From contig JAQGDQ010000109.1 of the NCBI GenBank assembly GCA_030141605.1, forward strand, positions 496,001-560,000: 64,000 nt of DNA, read 5' to 3'. Positions within the stretch are counted from its first letter, which is position 1. The number at the start of each line of letters is the position of its first letter. The stretch is from Tubiluchus corallicola. Its lineage: Eukaryota; Animalia; Priapulida. The notes under the pieces were generated by a model that saw only the letters and a program-made list of their open reading frames with translations, ran no database searches and was not told the DNA's origin. Shown in pieces: positions 12,101-27,100 of this stretch. The position numbers and the translations under genes were made by a program.

Positions 12101-15100
12101 GTGCAAGTAGGCATCCCCTCAGATTGTTGCCTTTATAAATTAATAAACTTGAACTTAAATTTTGATGCATAATGTGTTGTTTTGGTCCTCTGAAAGATGC
12201 AGAACTTCAGATTTAAACTATTGACAGATAACAGATTTGCCACAAAATTGGACTAGTTCATGCCTATTAATACTTTAAACTTTTAAAGGGTGATAGCGGG
12301 TCAGTTACTTTCTTAAAGTTTAAATTTGATAAAAAACATTTCAAAGTAGTTCGTATAAACATTTTGTGGTAAGCTTCATGGTGAGTGTATACACGCACAT
12401 TTTAATGTGAATGGCTTGTGACATGGATTTAATACTTGCTCCAGGCGGTTTTGCTTGTAAATCTTGTCGGTTTACCTCATAGAGGGAGTATGTGTACACA
12501 TCCGAACGTGGCTGAGCCATGTCCTTGATAACAAGCCAGGCTCCAGTCTTGCCATCTCATGGAGTATGCCCTGTCTCTGAGTCCTGGGTTCCAGCTTGCA
12601 TTGTGCCCAACATTTATAAAAAGCTAAAGTCTTGAATGTAGCTTGCTAAATTACCAAAATTTACACCTGGACTACTCAGTTGGCTACTCATTTAACAGCT
12701 TCTTAAAACACGTTTATGTTTTTAGTGCTTGTTTCCCAATCTAGTCTGAAACTACTGCCCTAGAAGATTTGTGACTGATAATGTAGAATTTGTTTCGGCT
12801 AATTGTGTAGTAGTATTTCATTTGTTTACTTTACCTGTATTTCAATGCTTGAATGCATTAGGCTCAATTTCACAGCATATCTGTTAGTTCATGATGTGAA
12901 AGTAAGTACACTAAATACTTCTCTGGCATTTGCACTTAAAGTTATTCATATTTTCTGATCATACTTATGATATTCTCTGAATACAAATTGTATATATTTT
13001 GTTAGTGGAGCCAGAAATGAGATATGCTAACCAATCAAGATTTAAGCATTCTAACATAATTTGCATTATCTACTGATGGACTGTTCGAAACCCCACAAAA
13101 CTAATTGTGGTGATTCAATGGTGACCACTAGTTAAAAATTTAGTTGACTGATTTGTTTTTAATTAATTTTGTCAATTTTAAGATGTTATTCTTGCTACAG
13201 AAGTATAATATTATGTTAGCTATTCGCATCGAATCTGGTTAACCCGAAAATTATTTACACCCCTGAAAGCTAGGATTAGTGTTTCTTGTTATCTTTGCAA
13301 TTTTATTAGGTAATTTTAAGTTTAGCATTTTTAAATGTTGTAAAAGTGGTTACTATGAACAATTAGCTTTTATATTAGTTGATCTTGTCCTTGATTGGTT
13401 TTTGAAGTGTTGTTGTCATTGCAGGTACACCATATTACAGTAGCAACTTTAGTATGGTTGTGGAGTCGAAATGATTTGAATAAGTCACTTTTGCCAGTTG
13501 TCGTACTAGCACTTGGACTCAGCTGCTACAGACCAGTTATTGTTGAGTAAGTCATCGTTATTCTTGTCTATTATTTAGTTTAGCCAGTTTTGTACTGTAA
13601 GAACAAGCTAACGTTTTTTTTTATTTAAATTAACTATGTTGCTTCAGCAGTCAGTTGCATTTCTATGTCCTTGATTGATCACTGTGCAAACAGAATTGAA
13701 TTGTTCACGATAGAATTGTTATAGTTAGTTTTTTTTAAATGTGAACAGTTACATTTGAGATATCCTCATAACTTAGTCTCGTTGCTATGTGCAATAGAAG
13801 GTTAATACCAGTAATATTAAACTTAGATAAAAGTGGCTATAGACATTTCAGTTTTTCAATATCAAACAACACAGCTAATCTTTCATTTGGCATAACAAAC
13901 TACATTTTTGTGGACAAATTGCGACAAAATTTCAGGACATCCTTTGCCAAAGCCTGATTTACCATTTTTGCATCAGTGCGTGAACCAGTGGTGCTACAGT
14001 TTGCACTTACAAAGTGTTCACTTATTCACTGTTTATTGTGTGTTATTCAGACTCCTCATGTAATTTAAACACAATCACCAGTGTCTAGCAATTGTTTTTA
14101 AATGTTAATGTTTAAAAATTGTTTCCTCAGACTCCTATTGTAGTTTAGGCACAATCACCACTGTGAAAAACTCTCCTGCTTTCTTTATGTTAGTGGCCAT
14201 TACGCCACAGATTCAGTCATCCCTGATACTGAGATATCTGTTGCATTGCTAACTTTGTTAACTTTGCAACAGATAAAAGACTGGAAAATGATTCTACGTA
14301 GAGCTCTTTTGAATTCTGGTATTCTTGTACAATAGACAAACACATTCATTATACTGTTAGTACTACCCATAGTATTGAAATAAAACTGCAGAAGTTCCTC
14401 ACTGATACCACAATTATTTGGGCAGTACTGATAAACAAATGTTGCAAAATAGTAGGGAAGCCAACAAATGAAAAACAGGCCCACAGTTAGCGCTAGAGTC
14501 TTTGCAAGTTTCAGTCTTTTCTTAAGTTGATAAGCATTAGTTCTTCCTTCTTTATCAACAAACTGTTGATTTCTCGTCTGTCGAATTGCCTCTTTGACTA
14601 TTACAGCATAGCACAAGACAACAATTAAAAGCGTAACAGTACCAAAGGTCAGTACCCACTGCCCCCAGAGTACTCCGAATCTGTCCCTCATTGAAAAACA
14701 GTGCATTCCAGTGTTTCTTTCCACCATGTAAAACCATACTGATATCCCATACAGCACTACGCAGAATGTCCAGACAGCTAGCATACTAAGTCTTGCTCGT
14801 TGTTCAGTCACCAGTTGATGGTAATGCAAAGCATATACAACAGAAATGTAGCGTTCAATTGTAATCGCTTGGTAAGTAAATACTGATGCTGACAGTGATA
14901 TGTACAATAAACTAATATTGATAGCGCACCAAACTACAATGTTATTCATCTTTAGCAAGTAGCCAACACCTAGAACTGACAGGGCAATGCCTGCCATAAG
15001 GTCAGCAATTGCCATGTGCCCAATAAAGTAATATGGCACACTTTTTAAACTCCGACTTGTCCTTAAAACCAGTAACACAGTTAAATTTGACAAACTGATA

Positions 15101-18100
15101 CTACAGCCGAGAACAAGGTAAAACACCAGAAATGAATCATATGCTGTTCCCACGTCTTCTATAATTGTCATATTGATAAGATTTTTGGTGAAATTTTCAT
15201 TTAAACTTTCCATATTCTTGTTGCTAAAATGTTTGAATAGGCAGAGTAAAACTTTCTTCTACTTTATTGATTTTGTGTTCTCTGTCTCATAAAACATTAA
15301 CTAAATAAAAATGTGAGGCATTAAGGCTAATTCTTGAAGCTAATTTCAATTCTTTGAAGAGATGTGCTATATGTCAATAATTGCGAAAATTGCATCTACA
15401 CATTTCTCATTGATTCTGTTTAATATTTTACCATATATTGACAGGCTTTTTTCCTCAGTTGAAGCATGAAAGATTCTTGCATGCAGCACATTGCTGTGGT
15501 GAATGCTTGCCACTTTGTTTAGCAGTATAAGCAATTTGTCATATGTCCTTTATTCATTGAACCATAAGAATAATATTGCAACTCCAAAACAGTAAGAAAC
15601 AAAATGCTGAATGGGTCGAAAACCACTCAAGTGGTTGTACACATGGACATATGACCAATGATACCTGTTCAAATTCACGCTTTTGAACAAATTAATTAAG
15701 CATGTAAATAGTGCCTAAGCCCGTAGCCTACTAAGTTTCTTCATATTGTTGAAACACTAATTTGCAAGTCTCTATTGCTATGTGCTATACTTGCTGATTC
15801 AAGCATATCAACTTTATTATGGCATAAAAATTTTATACCCTTAAAAAGACCAGTTTTGAATGATCTTTTAAACTCACTCAGTTTAGACAAATAGACGAAA
15901 ACATTCATTAGACTATTAGAACATCCTATTGTGCATATGTAAAATTGTAACTGCTCATCTGTCATGACTACAGCACAGTTGTACCCACAATAGCTAAATA
16001 TCATCATTGCTACCAGGTAAGGCAGCCAGCAGAGAAAGAATAAACCAACTGTTGTTGCAAGAGTTTTAGCAAGTTTTAAACGCTGCTTCATTTTCCTACT
16101 GTCACGTGATTTTACTTCAACTGCTGTTAATTGTGTTCTAGAGTGCCTCATTGCTTCTTTTACAATAGCACAGTAACAATATACTATTACCGTAGTAATT
16201 GAGGTACCAAATATGATTGTTATGTAGGTCCAGTATTTACCATATGTTCCATGAAAGGCAACACATCGCGTTCCTATTAGCCTTGCTTGCATATACAACA
16301 AACACGAAATTATAAACAAAGTTATGCTAAGTACCCAAATTGCAGTCATGCTAATTACGGCTTTGCTCCTTGTCACAATCTGATTGTAATGTAAAGGGTA
16401 TAAAACCGAGATGTAGCGATCTACTGATATGACTGCATACGTTAAAACTGACACAAGTTCTGACATATATAGCAAATTAATGCTCACTGCACACCATTGT
16501 ACATAGCAGCTCAAGTTGGAAAGGTGTCCAAATCCCAAGAACACCAAGCTTACTCCAGCTATGTTGTCTGCCACTGCCATATTTCCTATATAAAAATAGG
16601 GAATTTTGTGCAGGCTTTGATTTTTCTGGATAATGATTAACACAACTGAATTTGCGAGTAATATACAGATTCCCATAAAAAAATACAAGATAAGGATAGT
16701 AGAATAAGACACAGCTATAGTATTTTTTCCACAAGTCTTTAGCTTTGCATTTTGAAAGAAGTTGCTAGAATTGTTCATCATAAATTCCATTTCTTAAAAC
16801 AGCTAAAGCATCCCGGTAAATTTCGTTAAGTTGTGATTCACTTGCAAGTAAGAGATGCAATCTGCTTGCTTCTGTGATAAGAGTATACTTTGAAATATTT
16901 ATTTTTTGCGAAATGCGAAGGCGCTGAAAGCTATTGATTTCCGCTTAGCTCGTTATAATTTAGTTCTGGAGTTGTAGAACTCCTGTGGTGGTACTAATAC
17001 TGTCCAAAGCTGTTGCTTAGTTTTTATTAACTGTTATTGACATGTGTTATCATATACTTTTACTCTGACATATTCGTGTCATATTACTCTGAGGCATATT
17101 GCGCACTTACCTGAGAATTACATTCATCTGTTTAGAATGTATTAATGCCATCTGAATTTGGTTAATTGTATTTTGCCCTGTAGACGATTAGTTGTCAGTA
17201 AGTAGTTGGTATATACATGTATTACAGAATACATAGTGTCAAATTGAATGATTATTAAAGCATAAACAGAAGTTCGACAATAGCTAAACGTATACATGTT
17301 GTTTAGGAAGTGCAAAGATAACATGTACGTGTAAGGGATTAAGCACTGAGTGACCTCGTGCGCTACGATACAAAAACCTTTGACACACATATTTTAATCA
17401 CATCTTAGACTTTTGAAAGCTTTAGACATATAACTTAATTCTAATATAAATTGCTCCTACCTGCAAAATTTCTACAATTTTCTTAGAAACACCAATTGTT
17501 AAAAATTAATCATCCTGTATGATAAATGCTTAAAAAATATTTTTAAGTGACTTTTTTGTTTTCGAGCTGTAAGCTTAAATCAGTAAATTGGGTAGCATGC
17601 ATGTGAGCTGAGGTAAACAGATAATTTCAAGCTACAAACCAATATAAATAAGCTTTTTCAGCGTTCCAGCATTTAGTGATGATAGTTGGATAAAATCTTT
17701 ATTAACCAACATTAAAATAATACACAGAGGTACGATTATGTACATGTGGCAATACGTTACATCCATGGATGGAAGCAGCATGCCAAAGTCAGTCACAATT
17801 ATGACTGCACTGATAGTTGACAATAGCGTCAGACTATTCTAAAAGATGCTGATCATGGAAAGGTCAAAAATTGTCATTACGATATTAGGAAAACATTTGT
17901 GTATATGGAACACGTCATGCTTTTTGTTGTTGTAGAAATAGTCATTTAATTATAATGACTGCTTCTGCTGTTTTGTCATGCTACTTCTAATAAGAGCATT
18001 ATATTAAATCTACATTAATGTTACTCAAACAATTTAATTTAGCTATCAGTTTATCTGCTGCTATCAGAGCAATTTGCTGCGATCAGTTGCATTTTGACCA

Positions 18101-21100
18101 ATGCAGGTAGTAGGAATCTGTGGTTTGTAGCAACATTTTTAGAACCAGATTTTGTTTTCTCACATTGCTTAGTCTGCAGTGTTCCAAGCACTGCGTCTAT
18201 CGCTTACAAAATCATTACTGACTACTTGATTCCTTTCAGTGGATGGCATGCATTGAATGATAACTTTAATCAGTGCTTGCCTAAATTCTCTCAACTTGGA
18301 CACGTATACAAACACATTCATTAAACTGTTTGAACATCCTATTGTGCAGACGTAAAACTGTAGTTGCTCATCGGTGATAAAGCTGTTCCAGTTCTTAGGA
18401 AAAAAACTTTTGATAGTAATGACAGTTAAATATGGAAGCCAGCAAACAGTAAACAAGCCAACAGTTGTAACAAGAGTTTTTGCTAACTTTATTCGTTGCT
18501 TCATTTTCCTGTTTTCACCTGGCTTGTGAGGTTCATGAGCTCCTGTGTGCATCTTTGACTGTCGTATTGCCTCTTTTGCTATATTTGCATTGCAGTACAC
18601 AATTAGTGCGCCTATGGATGTGCCAGTTATAACCGTGAAGTAAATCCAGAATTGTCCAAATGTCCCACGAAATGTTATGCACCTAGTCCCAGTAAAGTTT
18701 TCTTGCATGTAGAGGTATACAGCAATAAAGAACAAAGTAAAACTACTTGACCACACTACAAACATACTTATTGCTGCTGTAGTTATTGTAACCATCTGAT
18801 TGTAGTGTAAAGGATATAAAATTGAGATGTACCGATCTACTGATATTACAGCATACGTTAAGACCGACACCAGTTCTGATGTGTATAATAAATTAAGACT
18901 GACTGCACACCATCCTACATAACAGCTTAAATTTGAGAGATGCCCAAATCCTAAAAATACTAAACTAATACCAGCTATAGTGTCTGCCACTGCCGTATTT
19001 CCAACATAAAGGTATGGTACTTTGTGTAGGCTTAGGCTTCGATGTATCACTACTATCACAATGGAATTTGCCAACAGAATTCCGGTTCCCATAAAAAGAT
19101 ATAGCACCAGTATTGCAGAATAAAGCTCATTTATTTCCAAATCATAACAGTTTGTAACACTGTCACCTAATGAAGATAAATTACTCCAGTTTGCAGTGAA
19201 TAAATCCATACCTCAAAGCTTGGCACACTGTAATATAACTGCCAGGAAACCAATTTTAACAATTCATGGTTATAAATCATTCAGAACGCAAGTTTGTAAA
19301 GCTTCATCAAATAACGTAAAAATTCAAGGATTCAACTCAGAAAACTGCATTCTCAAGTTGTTTGTACGCGCAACATCAATTTGCATGAGGTTTGGACAAC
19401 AATAAACTTGCTAAGAAATTTTTTGTTGAACAAGCTTCTATTTTTACCAGAACGTTGTACAGGTTTCATCAGCACAGTCTTACTATCGATTCAACAAAGT
19501 GATGCACAATTAAACATAAATAAGCTCACTAAAATGGAAATGAGTTTGAAAACGAATTTCATTATTAATTTTGTCTTGGTCACAGCTCTTACTGTTTCTA
19601 ATTGTTTTAAATGCATGTTTATAGTGAAGGCGTAACCATTGTTGCAATCCGGAAAACGCTAATCATCTTTAAGAGCATGTAAATTATATAATGGAAAAGA
19701 CTGATTAATCTTAACAAGTAAATTTGTTAACACTAAATTACCAAAGAGTGCTATCGTAATTAAAAATCAAGTTTGCTATCAACAAGAATTTCAGTTTTGA
19801 CTGAAATTTTTGACAAGTACATCGTAATGGAGATGTACTTGGGATATTAACATTTAATAAACAACTTTTCATTCATAAGTTCTCGAGTGCTTTGGCTAAA
19901 TCTAGCTTCAAGTCTTCCTCATCTTCTATTCCAACACTGAAATGAAATGATAAGAAAATGGAATAAAAACAGTCTTTAGCTTATTATCTGTGCATGTCAG
20001 ATTTACTAAAAAAACTTCATTTTACACTATTGGTTAAACTTTTTATTAGTTACCACTGTTGCACATTTTCACTTGTAATCTATAATGAAAGCTACTGCTA
20101 CAAGATAAGTGTACTATCTATATTTATATATGTGCTGCCACCTATATTTCAATTTATTCATCTCTTGACCAAATTTTTCATCCAGGTTGCTGCCTGGTTG
20201 GCCTCTGTCACCTGTACTTGCTGGGCTTGCCACATATGGTTACATACACTGGCCAGCCAGGTAGGCTCAGTAGGTGCACGCAACTTGGTAGCCCTGCCAA
20301 GGCCAGCCTGGTTTTTTCTCTCTGTTGTGTTTGTAAATAGTGTCTATATATGGGTATAAACCTATAGATATAAATCTATAAAGTTTCTAAAACCATTATC
20401 ACCATCATTATTGCTAAGTCATCATCACATACATTAGAAATGTTAGGAATATTTTGTAAAAAGTTCTTATAACTAAATACCTATCTGAAGCTGAACTATT
20501 TCATTGGTTGTTGTAACCTGACTGCCAAAAAAGACCTACTAATCGACCTAGATTGTATTTGCAAGAAAAAAGTATGCTGTAATTTTTGTATCAATGAATT
20601 TGTCCTTCACTTTTTTATCTATATTTTTTCAGTTTCAATTTCAGTAGATTTATTTCGCAATAAACACATACATATGCATTACAAGTACATCGATAATCAG
20701 TTTTTGTTAATACAAAATTAGGATATAATTCATGAATTCTGCGCAGAGACCTAAGAAGCAATCTTATGCTAGGCCATTAGAATTAGTTACGAGAAAAATT
20801 ACAATATAGTATTAATAGTTAGTGTGAGTTACAGTGGGCGTTAGTAGTGTTTCATAATTACGATGTAAACTGATGGTCGGTACAGAGAAATGATAAATGC
20901 TTTAAGACATTCGCTAAGCATTTGTGGAGGAGGCAACACTTATATATATGGGCGGGAACTAATAACTGTATTATTATCCTAGAGGGGAAATTTTTGAAAA
21001 TGAAAAACAACCACAAATTATGATTGAGTGATCAGTTATATGTTTTAAGTAAGTGTAATTTACATACTTTTTTGAATATAGACAGCGAGTTGGCATTTTT

Positions 21101-24100
21101 TATAGCTGGAGCAAATGAATTCCATATGTAAGGGCCATTGTATTTAATAGAAAATTTTCTAACATTTGTGGTGCACTGTATGTAGTGATAGTTAAGTCTT
21201 TCAGCATTCACACAGAAATAATCAGTAAATAAGGGTGGCAATAATTTATGAGAGAATTTGTACATGAAAGCGGCAGTGTTAAACACATAATAATGCTATT
21301 ATGGTGTTATCAACTTATTAAGATGCACAATGTTAGATGAATTTTATCACCAAAGTAAATGTAACAATTCAATATGATTAAAGATCAAGTTACAATATTT
21401 TATTATCATCTCTTAATCTAAAGTGTTAACATTTAACAGAAGTTTAGGAACTGTTCCTATCATGTTAGGGGCCAACTTAAAATCATGTGATTAGGCGTCT
21501 TCTGATTTAAAAACAATTTTATAGTTTTTTATACACACAATCTGTACATGTGTGCATTCTTGAGTCACATTTTTTAGGCACTGTTTGTGGAGTATAGAAG
21601 GTATTTTTACTAAAATGACATGCAGATGTCTTACCTCAACCGTATTAAACCGTCTTTTATACCACATGCTATTCTTGCTTCCTGTGTCATGTATAGAGGT
21701 CCGTGTGTCATGGATGCTACATGCTCAATCAGGCTTTCTGTTCCTCCTAAGGATACGGCCAAATTGATAATCTTTACTGACTATAACAAATAATGTGGCA
21801 TTCTAATTAGAAGAGTCATATTTGTGAAGAAAGTAATGTGAATCTGTGCTCTAAGCAGGTTCATCTAAGCACTAAGTAGTGAATTTATTTAAATTTAAAG
21901 TGGATCAGAATATTTTCCTAGTTACTTGCTATTTCCAATATTATTTTAATAAATCACACTAAGAAAAGCCGTCATTCATGTGTAGCAGTTACATGTGCTT
22001 TGTATATTATGAGATGGCAGTTCTAATGTCCATCTGACACCATGTCCAACTTGTATAAAATTGATACAGTAAAATAATTGACTGTGAGTACAAAAAATTA
22101 CTGTATGACAGTCTGTTGTAAAGTGTGACATAAGATAGATTCATTACTGGGTAACTTTCGCTGGTTTTTTATTTGTCTCCTGAATCTTGCTTTCAACTGC
22201 TTGATTTCAAATTTTCAATTCAACTTCGCTTTTCTACTTTTTATGTGTTTAGATTGATAGATTAAAAGAGAGAGAGGAGTGATGTCCAGTGATTGAGCTT
22301 ATTTAGACGATGATTATTGTTAACAAGCGCTTTCTTGTACAAATCTTAAAGTTGCTGATTTCAGATTTCAAGAACCAGACATGATTTTCATAGATTGCAA
22401 GTTTTCACAGCTTTACATAATAAACATCATTAGCAAATAAATTTTTCTCGCACAAAGATGAAATTCACAAGCAGTGAAAATCAAACTCTTGGTGATCGTT
22501 AGTGTGTAATGTCCATATTTAATAACGACACGTCAATTGTGGCATAATTCCACCATTCTTAACTGATTCACTTGCTTCGTTTTTATTATGCAGCTGAAGT
22601 GTACTCTCTTTACACTTTTGTGACATTTGTTCTATGAAAGTAAAGTGAAAAGTTTTCTTATTATTTTTCTCAGAAAATTTTTTGTTGCATGCTTTGAAAG
22701 ATCCCTGCTGCAATGTAATTGGAATTTTAAAACTACATCATTCATTCAGAGACTTTCCAAGGCCAAATATTTCAACATTTCAAAGCCATGATTCTACACT
22801 GCATGGTAAAGAGTAAATTATATTAGCTAGCATTTTTGTAAGAAGGTTAACAGGTGAATTATCTGTATAATATGAGATAATAAACATGATGGCTTCAGGG
22901 GGATTGCAGTATCAAATGAAATATTCTAGTAAGTTGAAATTATTCAAATTGACAATGAACAGATAAAGGAATAAAGGAGAATTGCTCTGTTTACCTCAGC
23001 CATTTTTTTCGCTACTTCATAGCCACCTTTTGCTTCAAAAGCAATCATTCCTCCAAAGCCATTTTTCATCAGTTTCCTAGCAATTTGCTTTTGAGGATAC
23101 GAATCTAATCCTGGATAATAGACTCGTTCTATCTGAAAACAATTTTTTTCCTCTAGAGATTAACGTTCTTTGTTCCGTTTTGGTAAAATCATACATTGGG
23201 TTGTCTGGTTATGATGTATATTGTTGATAATGTTTAACAGAACTTTTATTTTTGTACAACATGTAAAACAAGGTTAATTTAAGTTCCTGGTTAACAACTT
23301 AACATCATACATAACTAATTTACGCACTACTGATAATGATCTTTGTCTTTAATTCAATTAATGTGCTTTAATTTCATGCCATGATCCCTATTTTATTAGT
23401 TGCATTTGCTCTGTTAGTCATTACCTTTGGGTGTTCCTCGAGTAATTTTGCCAATCCAGCTGCATTTCGGGAATGAACAGACATCCTTGCCGATAAAGTT
23501 TTGAGTCCTCTGTGCAGTAGGCTGGCATCAAACGGGGACTGAAAAAATACAATAGGCAATATGATAACTTTCAAAGGCAATGTTTTTACAGGGCTGAAAT
23601 TGCGGATTTGGTAATTTATATACTTAATTTTGTGAGCAACACTCACATGTAATTTGTGTTTAAAGGTACACCAGCTTTTGTTGCAAATGTAGTAAATTAT
23701 AATTAGGCGGGTTCATGGCTGAGTGGATAGGCGAAAATGATGGAAGTGGGCTTTGACTGTCTGGGTGCATTACTGATTTTGGGGCAGTATCACTTGAAAA
23801 CGCCGTAGAGGGAGGGTTTACACATCCAAAGGTGTGAGAGACACCTCTGCTGGTTCAGCCTTAAATGAAGGATAGCCTCAGTAACGAGACAGGCTCATTG
23901 ATGCTAACACTTTGTTAGTCAGTACTGATATTGTGTGCGAGGCACAGGATTTATTGAAAGCTGGACCAGGTGCATCTCTTTTAACAGAAATGGAATTTGT
24001 GCAGAGATGGAGAAATGTGAACTGAAATGAACAGTACTGCATGTATTATGTGAATTGCATATTAAGTAACTAAGCTTACTTAAGAACATAAATAAAAGAG

Positions 24101-27100
24101 TAAATTCATTCCAGTTCATGCTAATTACATGCATTTCCTGTATAATAATTTTTGCACTAAAATGCTATGTAGCATTTACCAAGTGTGTTCCCATAACCAT
24201 CTGCCATTGTTTTAGCTGCTGCCATTGTTCCTTTGTCCGAGTTGTTAGCGCACCTCCTATTAAGTCTGTGTGGCCTCCCATATATTTTGAACTGCAAATT
24301 GAGTTTATTTCAAGTAATATACATAGAGTTATAAAATATTTGTGTGCACTCATATAAGAACAGCCGGGCTGATTTATAAGATTGAGAAATAATGAATGAT
24401 AAAACAGAGATAAAAACATAATCGTTAATCGTATTATCAAATGGGATGGGATTGAGCAATCAGTTATGATTCTCTGTAATCATATAATCTGTAGTTTATA
24501 GTTTCAGTGGAGAAATGTAATCAGTTTCTCCGTAGCATGCCAAGTGTGCTATCTTTAAATTTAACTGAGTGGTAACTGTGTGGGCATAGCAACTGAAGTT
24601 TAATAACACCAAGCTTGGCCGGTAAGTGAATGGGTACCACTTTTTGGGTTACCAATGAGTAGCCTTTTTGCGAAAACAGCTTCTGATCATTTTTTCTGTA
24701 ATGCTCCCAAGGCTCTTTACCCATTTGTGGTATGCGCAGCTGAATGTGCCTAAAATCCAGCAGTGAATTGTCGTAGAGAATTATCCTCATATGATCATGT
24801 TTAATTTTCCAGACCCGTCACACCCATTTGCGTTATGTATGCCCTGCCACTGAGTACAGGATACAAAGAGCTAAACTTTTAAAAAAGTGAAATATTTTCA
24901 TAATGTTGCTTACCAGCTGTGCAGTGTAATGTCAATACCATATTTCATTGGTTGTAGTATAATTGGTGAAGCAAATGTGGCATCGATTACTGTGATTGCG
25001 CCGCTGCTGTGTCCAAGTTTCGCAAACTCCTCAATGTCAAGCATTGTCAGAGTTGGATTACACGGCACCTCAGCAAACATCAGCTATATAATTATGATAA
25101 TGCAAATGTCCACGTTATAATGTTTTAACTAATAATTCCTCTAACTGTCTGAAAATGAAGCAAAGATTTTACATGTATGGATTTTAGACTTTGTAATTGT
25201 TACTTTGCACCATAAAGTTCTTTGATGATAAAGGTGATACTTGGCAAAGAGTAAATCAAAAGCTATAAAACATTTTCACAAATAAGCTGGAAATTGTTTA
25301 GAATGCCTTTGTGCCAGATGTTATGTCTCACCAAGTTCACCACGTTTTAGTCTCACGTAAAATATAGAAAAAAGTCAATTAAAAAGTAATATAATTGAAA
25401 GTAATGTAGTTAAATTTCCCACAAATGAAAATTTAGCACAAATATAAACAATATGAACAAGCAGTGCATATTTGCTACCATATGTGATCAACCATAACAA
25501 CTTTTTCTCAATTATGGCAATTACATTTTACTGCATTTACAGTAAGCGTGTAAAATGACAAAAAAAAACTCATTAAATTCTTTAACCTGTATTCCGCTTT
25601 TTGTAAATGGTAACCATAACCAACTTGGCTAACAAACGCATCAAGTGACGGTTTTTACGTGTTTGTAGACGTCTTGAATACTGTACACTGCACTGCGAAC
25701 ATCTCAATTCAGTTTACTGTGACTTTTGACTTATTATATATATGTGTATATTATATGTTATATTACATTATTATATTATATATATATATATGTGTGTGTG
25801 TGCGTGCGTGTGTGCGCGCGTGCGTGTGTGTGTATAAGTGCCTATTGTTGCTTTTGGAATTTAAAAACATTTATTATTGTTTAGATGTCTTGCTTACCTT
25901 TGTATTCGGTTTAACAAGGTTATGAAAGCCATCAACACTATCGTTGGGAGCCCAAGATACTTCTATTCCATACCCAGGAATATAGTTTTTGAACATTTTG
26001 TGAACGCCACTGTAGAGCGGATTACATATAATCTGAATAAAAAAGCATTAATAAGTGAAGCTTTTCACCTCTCCGATATTCAGAAATCAGTTTCTTTGTT
26101 TTGTGCGGAGGGCTGAGTTCTTAGGACTTAATGCTGGCAATTCAGCATTTGAACTGTGTTATATCTTAGGGACTCCAAGGTATATGTAAGCCTGATAACT
26201 ATGACTGAATGGCACCACATACCGCATGATCTCCAGCTTTCAGGAATGTCAAAGCTACAGCAAGTGCTGCTGTTGAGCCGCTTGTAAAAAGGAGGCTCCC
26301 CGCCCCACCCTCCAGGGCATTCACTGCACATTCTGCTGCAGACACTGTTGGATTTCCTATGCGAGCATAAAAGTATCCTCCCTGTAACATTATAATTATA
26401 ACTTCAAGATTTTTGTCCTAACCAGTGACATCAAGATTCATAATTTTAATTCTAAACTTAATTTTTAAAAGCTATTTGCTCGATTCATTATTGTCATGCT
26501 TCTCTCTATTGCAAGTTAGAAGAGATAGAAGTTATGAATGAGTTCTTAATTACAGACTTTGCTGTTAATATTTGTTTGAAAAAGTATGGGTATAAATAAA
26601 AGAGATGTAACTTACTCTTGCCACTGCATCTTCATACTCTTTTATCTTATTTACTCTGTATATTGAAGAGTGGTAAATGGGCATGGTCAGTGGCTCAGTT
26701 GGTGGTTCCACCGACCGATCCAAATGACTTCTGACTGCTCGTGTGGCTGGGCCGAGTTCATCTAGGCTCAAATTCCAAACACCATCCGAAATATCATTTC
26801 TTGCAGGATTCCACCGTCTATATGTAACAGGTAGCTTTGTAATAGCTTACAGGTTATTCTTTTAATACCTTGAGTTACTTTTATATAAATCGGTTGAAAT
26901 ATGACATGACATATGAAAGTATGTGCCCATAACAATGCACTGTTTTATTCTGACCAGTAGAAAGAAATCATAAAACTAAGCATTTAGCGTCTAAAGTATG
27001 ACTTGTAAATATGCCAAGGTACTAATATTTTGTATTTGTATGACCACAGCAGCTGTTTAACTAATAAAAATGTACAGTAGTTTCAATTTGATAAAAATCT

